This document shows positions 56,095 to 64,000 of a stretch of 64,000 bases of DNA, piece after piece. Positions within the stretch are counted from its first letter, which is position 1; the number at the start of each line of letters is the position of its first letter. The position numbers were made by a program, and so were the translations under genes. The notes beneath the pieces are model-generated. The model did no database searches and was not told where the DNA came from. It worked only from the letters and a program-made list of their open reading frames with translations. Origin of the DNA: Octopus vulgaris (Eukaryota); contig OX597819.1 of assembly GCA_951406725.2 (NCBI GenBank), forward strand, positions 118,048,001 to 118,112,000, read 5' to 3'.

Positions 56095-56880
56095 ATATAT
56101 ATGTATATATTGTATATATATATATAATATTTTATATATATATGTATAAATATGTATATATGTGTGTGTGTCTATATATAGAGATAGAAAGAGAGAAAGA
56201 TAAATAGATAGACAGATATGCATGTAGATAAACATATATTTATATGTGTATATGGTTATATATTTATACATACAATCATGTCTATTTATTGCTCTATATA
56301 TCAATCTATTTATCTAGCTAGCTAGCTACCACCATATCGAGATATCCAAGTAAGTACGTATGAATATCTGTGTGTATGCATGTGCGTGTGTCCGTGTGTG
56401 TATATCTGCGTATATGTTTTTGATACGTGTGATTCGCCCCTCTCTCTCTCTCTCTCTCACTCTCCTTAGACTTGCGTTAATGTGTGCGCATACATACACA
56501 CATAAATATATAAATCCACCTATACAAAAAAAATTATGTAGATTCACTATCAAAGTACAGTATTTTAAACGGACACTTCAGTTAAAATGTATCATCTGCA
56601 TTTATATCTCTGGGAATGAGATGGAGTATCTTCTTTCGAAAACCTGGAGTATGAAAAAAAAACAAAATCTCCAGCAACATAACGTTTGTGCTGATAAACA
56701 GAAATACTTCCGTTGTAAAATGAAAGAAAGAGAAACAAAATTTCGGGCCAACATCTAAACGAAAAGATTTCAGAAAAAAATGATGGCACGAACACTACCT
56801 TTCACAATATCAGTATGAGTTTAAAAAGCAGGAGCAGATCTTGTAGTAGAAGTAGTAGCAGTATAAGTAGTAGTAGTAGT

Positions 56881-56979
<99 letters not shown>

Positions 56980-57169
56980 TGCATCGGTGGTGACAATAAT
57001 CAAATGATATTAATAACAAGATCACTCAGAAAGCGCAAACCTCCGCACAGGCAACACAAGCGTCTTCTCAACGATTAGCCAGAGATGATTTTTATCTGAA
57101 ATAAACTCGACTGCTCTCACAAACGAAAATACTGAAAATTAACCCGACCACTCTCAAAAATCAAGTAAA

Positions 57170-57380
57170 ACAACAGGAAAATTTGTCCAGAATATTTGTC
57201 CAGTATTGGATCGATCCTAAAATCTAATATGTTCGTGCCAGTCACGAGGTCAAGCATCTCTGAAAGTTTTCTTTTGAATCGATCCAGCTGTTTTTGAGAT
57301 ATCTTTTCCACAGACAAACAAACTAACAAACAAACAAGACTGAAAAACAATACATCCGCCTTTGCTAAGGCGGAGGTAAT
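57170..57380 (-). mobile_element. DINE-1/HINE-like (Helentron-associated) non-autonomous repeat
   Basis: Minus strand attacctccgcct-tagcaa-aggcgga hairpin, then (TTTG/TCTG)n, then gatatctc...gatcgatt...aaactttcag; the layout fits HINE elements. Confidence 0.6.
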
Positions 57381-57394
57381 GATAATGATCATTT

Positions 57395-57785
57395 CTACTA
57401 AATCACAAAGCCTGCAGTTTTGGATGAGGGAACTAATGGGTTACATGGGACACAACGTTTCGCTGGTACTTATTTTATCAATCCCCAAAGGGTGAGAAGC
57501 AATGTCAATCTAATCTTGAACAGAAAACGTAGCGACGGGCGAAATGCGGCTAAGCATTTCGCCCAGAGTGCAACAATTCTGCCTGCTCGCCGCTTTATTG
57601 ATAATGATAATACTGACAAAAATAGGATTAATGATAATATTGATAATATTAATAAGAATAATTTCTACTATAAGCACAAGTCTTATAATTATTAGGCATG
57701 GAGTTAGTCGATTACGCCGACCTCAGTGCGTAACTGGTACCTATTTCGTCCAGCGTGCAAACGATTCAACCAGGTCGCTGCCTAA
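57395..57785 (-). mobile_element. Two diverged SINE family B-related fragments
   Basis: ctggtacttattttatc...gaaatgcggctaagcatttcgccc; cctcagtgcgtaactggtac. Confidence 0.65.
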
Positions 57786-57794
57786 ACAACATCA

Positions 57795-57851
<57 letters not shown>

Positions 57852-57875
57852 GTAATAATAATAATAATAATAATA

Positions 57876-57948
<73 letters not shown>

Positions 57949-57969
57949 TAATAATAGTAATAATAATAA

Positions 57970-58037
<68 letters not shown>

Positions 58038-58042
58038 GTAAT

Positions 58043-58116
<74 letters not shown>

Positions 58117-58128
58117 TAATAATAATAT

Positions 58129-58232
58129 ATACAAAACAGCCGTGTACCCAAGGCACACACCCAAGCACATACCCAAGGCACACAGAGCTGCGCTCGGTAG
58201 TGAAGTGAAAGCACGCCATAAAAATAAAACTA

Positions 58233-58236
<4 letters not shown>
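58129..58236 (+). mobile_element. Short insert within (TAA)n, probable LINE 3' UTR remnant
   Basis: 108-bp non-repetitive island with internal acccaag(g)caca repeats, embedded between long (TAA)n tracts. Confidence 0.5.
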
Positions 58237-58273
<37 letters not shown>

Positions 58274-58341
58274 CGACGACGACGACGATGATGATGATGA
58301 TGATCATAATGACGATGATCATGATGACGACGATGATGATT

Positions 58342-58438
<97 letters not shown>

Positions 58439-58867
58439 GCAGGAGGAGAATGATGACGACGACAACTACGACGACGATTATGATGATGATGATGATGATA
58501 CTATCACGGTACTTAAAACATGACATTTCGCATAGTCTGAAATTACGTCAATTGCATTTTCAAATCTTGGACAAGACCGGAAACAGAGCGACGGAGAAAT
58601 ATGTATGGTAAATAAAGATCCGTGTAATTAAAGTCTTATATGTCATGAAATCACAAATTATCCGACTCTATCTTCCCACGGTCTGTCATACGTGCATCGA
58701 ATATCCATAAAGAAAACATATGGTGTGTCTGAGTTGGGGGATCGAAAATCCTTTCCGAACTTGCGGGTCCTGAATGGCAGATATGTTTTGCAATACAGCA
58801 CTCGAACGCATTTTGTGGAAGTTTTGACAATATTCGACATTTGTGTTATTGAACACAGAACTGTTTC

Positions 58868-58898
<31 letters not shown>

Positions 58899-59001
58899 GT
58901 AATCATAATCCACATAATCATATAGTAATTCACTAGAGAAAGTGAAGAGCGAATTTTCACTTACTGAATTACACAGCCACAAAAATACAATAATCGATTA
59001 G

Positions 59002-59059
<58 letters not shown>

Positions 59060-61141
59060 CAAGCCAAAGTGACGAGCTATGGAAGGAAACATCCCAAACT
59101 AGTTCTAAGCCCAGTTAACACCATAATCCAGGAACAACAGCCGCAATGAATATGTATGTTATTAAGTAAGGCCTCACATTTAGAAATATTCTTTAAATGA
59201 ATATATATAATGAGTAAGGAAAGAGTTTGATATTCACGATACGGCAAGATAAGCATAACTCTTTTAGTCCTACAGAATTTAAGAGAAGCTGAGATACAAG
59301 ACTGTCCTTGCGTAATTCATATTGACCATAATCTGGAATATGCAGATATAATATAGATAAGAATATTACAGCGTTTTGTGCACATTTTACAGCAGCCTCG
59401 GCTATTAAAGAGTAGTCATGTTTCCTAAACGAATTAAAACAGAAAAGTTATTTAAACGACAATACATTTCTGAAAGAGTTGCTGAAATTATCCAATCATA
59501 AATGTAGAGGTTGAAAACGGAAATAATTTCCTTAATAATAGGCATCTTGGAATACATAAAAATATATATGACAAATATATAACTAAACGGCAAGTTTTAT
59601 AGTGATACAAAATTTATCGACAATAATAGTATCAAACGTCATGATATAAAAGTAAATCAGAAAAATAGACAAAATTTAGTACAAAGCAAACGAAGAGTTC
59701 TTGCTTCGGAAAGTAAAATCTCACAATGAATATATGTCTGATAAAAGAAAATATGATGATTTGTAGTATTGGCTTTACGCCATTACGTTGAAGCAGATAG
59801 TGCATTTGATTACTTGGCTGGTATTTATATTTATCGTATCCGGATGAATGGACATAAATGTCGACCTTAGGCCGAAATGACATTGAAATATAAAGAGCTG
59901 GACCTAAAATAGTAATTGCAGCAACCACGACGTCGATAACGGCGATGATGATAGAGATGACAACGGCGGTGGTGGTGATGATGATGAGGATGATGATGAC
60001 GATGACAAGGTTGGAAATAATAACGATCGTTATCATCATGGAGATGATGATAACGATGGATATGAAGATGGTGAGGGTGATGATAGTAATGATGACGAGG
60101 ATGATTATGATGATCATGAGTGCAAGGATGAAAAAAATGACGAAATCCGATTCATACAGAAAGACCAATTGTAGAAAGCGTTCTCTACAATATCACGCTA
60201 GTGACCATAGGCAAATACACTCACCAGTTGTTGCTTTCCGACGTACAGTCTTTTAAACGCAAGTGGTCTTCACAGTTTTTGTTATTTTCGTAACTTTCCC
60301 ACACCTTTCAAAAAGATCACCCGAGGGCAACATTCTTTGTTCATTCACCCTTTCACGTTAAAATTGAAGAAGTGGTCGAGATCGACATCAAAGACCAAAG
60401 CTTCTCTCTTTATACATTATATTCTCGTACCCCACGCTAGTTCGTGGCGCAAGGCTATCATCACGACAGACTCGGTTCATTGCCCGATCCGTCCCATACG
60501 TGACAGCCGCTGATCCACATAATTATATCAATGTCTTATACCGGGATACTGAACCAGTGATGCATGGCAATCTGGCCTTGGAGAAAACCGAATGCATAGG
60601 AATCTTCAATTGAATTCCTAGCACATGTTTGTTCGACAAATATAAAAAAACCCCAGCCAAGTCTCTATTAAGTGTTCCTAATTTCGTAAATCAGACTTTT
60701 TTTACTCCATTGTCGTGCCATATTTGTGTGAATATTTTCTTCAATCAATTCTCTGCTGATCTCCCAATCAACAATAAATATTATGAAGAGATAATGTGGT
60801 GACCTTTCTCGTCGTTGTTGTTGCTGTTGATCTTGTGGTAGATATTCTTGTTTTTCTCTATCTTTCATTTGTGTAATGGTAGCTGTGTCTCGCATCTTCT
60901 ATCAAGTTGTATTTGTTTTTGTTGTATTTGTTATATTGATGTATTGTTTTGTTGGAATACATTCAAACGTTATCCTGATCGTACTGGTTTTGGCCATGGG
61001 CCGGCTTTGGCAATCGAGAAGCCAAGTGAATGCGGCAGTGTCATAATAGTTGCTACTAACTACGACTACCATGGCTTGCATTACATTTGTATGTAAGGAG
61101 CGCATAAATACTTTTTCGATGAACACATTACGAATTTTATA

Positions 61142-61376
61142 CCTATTTCTTTATTACCCACAAGGGGCTAAACATAGAGGGGACAAACATGGACAGACAT
61201 AGGTATTAAGTCGATTATATCGACCCCAGTGCGTAACTGGTACTTAATTTATCGACCCCGAAAGGATGAAAGACAAAGTCGACCTCGGCGGAATTTGAAC
61301 TCACAACGTAACGGCAGCCAAAATACGACTAAGCATTTCGCCCGACGTGCTAACGATTCTGCCAGCTCACCGCCTT
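61142..61376 (-). mobile_element. Full-length SINE family B
   Basis: Near-collinear with 3167-3402. Confidence 0.9.
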
Positions 61377-63225
61377 GAATTTTATACTAAAGCCTGAACG
61401 TCTACTCTTCTCGTCCATTTTGTAATATACTAGACGGTCCTCTTCTCTTATTCATCCTTATAATGGAAACTAGCGAAAATCATGTTTATAGCTTTGGCCA
61501 AATATATCTTATTTTCCCGCTAGCCATTTCTCTCGGAATGAAGAAATTAGCATAAACACATCAACCTTCATATGTGCAATAAATAAATTTTGTATCACAT
61601 TTTCAGAAGCAAACTTCACATCTTTTGTTCCCAAATGCTTCCTCTAATGGACCAATATGCTTCTTAAGGTTTTTCATTTTCTCCATACCATAGATTTTTG
61701 CAACGTGACTAGCTTTCGTGTTTTTAAATATTGTTAACAGAAGTACTAAGAATGCGTCTGTTAATACTATTTATCACTTCAACAGGTTGTAACACGAAAG
61801 CGCTCTCTTAACTTATTCTTTGTTAATGGTAGTTGAAGTGGTGGTGCTTTGAATGTTAGTGATAATGCTACACGTCGAACCTCTGAAAATGGTTAATATA
61901 GCGGGGATGAAGATTGTGGCGGAGCATTCCATCTCTGTTTGAAGTACCCGACTTCCAGTTTTCTGTTTCAATGCGTTTGATTTTCTTATTTGAGAAGAGA
62001 TGTCAGAAGCCTGGGAATACTTCGTAGAAAATACATAAAATTTCATTTATCTTATTGCATTTAGTAACGCTGCTGTTATTGGTAATGGTAGTTGTGTTCT
62101 CTTTAATATTTTCTTGGTGTTGCTCTTCTTGTTGGCGTCGACGTCATCGCGTATTTGTAAAAGATTAGTGTTTTATAGAACCACGTTAGACGATTAAAAC
62201 TCTTTAAATTGCAGAACAAGTAATTGGCTACAGCAAGGAAGATGAGGACAAATATCCGTCAAATGTAAATAATATAACTAATGTAAGTAACTGGATGTTT
62301 CCCCTCCTCATCCTGATCCTTACCTTCCCATCCTACCATCCTCTCCTTTCTCCTTCATAAGATGGATGCTTTTGTTTTTTTGTGTTCTCTCCTTTTAGGG
62401 TTCATATCGATCGAGTAATAGCTTATAGCTAAATTGCATTACCTTAGAATTTCAAGGGAAAATTAATTCTGTGAATTAAAAATATAATTTTGCACAAATG
62501 AAAAGACCTCATTCGATAGAGACGCCGGAACCGTTTGCAAGCTTCAGCCTTTCTTCGATTCTAGGGAACGATAAATAAAAGGAGAATCTTATACACGGTA
62601 AGGTGTTTGACATTTTACAATATCTTCAGGTTTGAAGCTAACCGTGATATCCTGGCAGCCAAACAAAAAATATTTGTGAGATTTCTAGACATCCTGGCCT
62701 CAAATATCGAAAATATCTGTTAAATTTCGTCCATCTTGAGTAGAAAATAAAATATCAGTAAATTTAACTTATGCCTTACTCCAAATATCGGGCCTTGGCC
62801 AGCTAATAAACGGCCTCATATGTATAATGAGGATATTAATAAACTGTAATGTGTTGGAGGATTTGGAATATATTTATTATAAAATTAGTTTTTTCCTTGT
62901 TTTGTAGTTTTCGACACTAAACGTTCTAGGGCGGTACAAATTATTGCCACTGCAAGTAAATTTTTGAAGCATAACATAACTTTGTGAAAGATTATTGCGT
63001 TTCTGTCTAATTTAAATGGTACATTGATGAACAGAAACGTTGACCACGTTGGTATTCAAAATCCGACCTAAACATGTTAATCAGCACCAGTAAAGTATTG
63101 TCTCCGATTCTCAATCAATCCTCCAGTTCATATTATTATAGTAATATTTTTATAATTTAGGCAAAATGTCATTAGATTTGATGGAAGGATTCTAGTGGAT
63201 ATATTCGACTAAAATACTTAAATAT

Positions 63226-63470
63226 AGGTGCCTGGCTCAGGGGTTCGGTTGTTGGACTCATTATCAAACATTGTGGTTTTGATTCCTGGGCCGCCCGACG
63301 CGATGTGTTCTCAAGCAAAAACTTCATTTCTCGTTGATTCAATTCCACTCAGCTAGAAAATATGAGAATTCCTGCAACGGGCCAACGTACCATTCAGGTG
63401 TGGAATATATATGCAAAGAAAACTAGGAAACCAGCTCTTATGGGTCAGCATCTCTCCAGAAGGAACCTTT
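63226..63470 (+). mobile_element. Diverged tRNA-derived SINE sharing its tail with 20972-21280
   Basis: tggctcaggggtt...ttgattcc head; tail aagaaaactaggaaaccagctcttatgggtcagcat...agaaggaac. Confidence 0.65.
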
Positions 63471-64000
63471 ATTTTAAACTTTCTTTACTGAAATACTAAC
63501 TGCAAACTTAATTTATCAAATACGAAAGTTTTAAAAGCAAATTTAAACACATCGGGGATTAATTTATTCTATGTAAACAGCTCTAAACACCGCAAGACAT
63601 TTTCTTCCAATCAATAAGAATTCTTCTATTCAACAGCCATTTATAATATTTTTTTCTAATTTGAATATAAAGCGAGAAATTTTGAGGAGGTCCTAGTTAG
63701 GTTGCGAATGATCAAATCCAGTATTTGACTAGATTTGATTACTGACTCTTAGTATCGAACCTGAAATGATGAAAGCCAAAGTTGACATTGGTGTGATTTT
63801 TGCTCAGTGAAGGTAAGGAACCAGGAGAAAAAAGTGGGGCATAATGCCTGGCCCATTAATGATTCCATCAATTTCCTGCAATTAGTGTTAAACCTGTCTC
63901 TCTATTAGGCATAAAGCGTGAAATTTTGCTGAAAGTGCTTAGACAATTTAGTGAAGGTCATTATTTATAAAGGAATTTTAATTTATCCACTTCGAAAGGA

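Noticed and set aside
58520-58865. Possible further Dong-like C-terminal remnant before (TAA)n
   Set aside because: Too decayed to recover diagnostic residues.
60367-60612. Stop-free ~80-codon frame in GC-richer sequence
   Set aside because: No ATG, recognisable domain or convincing splice sites.

Overview
AT-rich, repeat-saturated eukaryotic DNA with no recognisable host exon. The SINE families and very dense (TA)n/(CA)n/(TAA)n microsatellites suggest a coleoid cephalopod such as Octopus (inference). Almost all ORFs in the supplied track are microsatellite artefacts. The real coding signal is transposon-derived: a near-intact CR1-group LINE ORF2 (APE+RT, 28366-31346), a frameshifted gag-like zinc-knuckle ORF1 (26790-27940), decayed mariner/Tc1/maT transposases, several R4/Dong-type REL-LINE fragments (some in (TAA)n tracts) and a Penelope GIY-YIG fragment. 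Two structures stand out. (1) What looks like one ORF1+ORF2 LINE is two independent insertions into one SINE: a 2-kb ORF1-only retroelement with its own 15-bp TSD and AATAAA end, and a separate CR1 ORF2 copy. (2) About five unrelated families of short non-coding elements, several of them fold-back palindromes lying between microsatellites, carry type I hammerhead-ribozyme motifs (CUGAnGA...GAAA...UH with pairing stems). This points to a dense population of Penelope-type pLTR/retrozyme elements. All calls are by eye; no database search was run.
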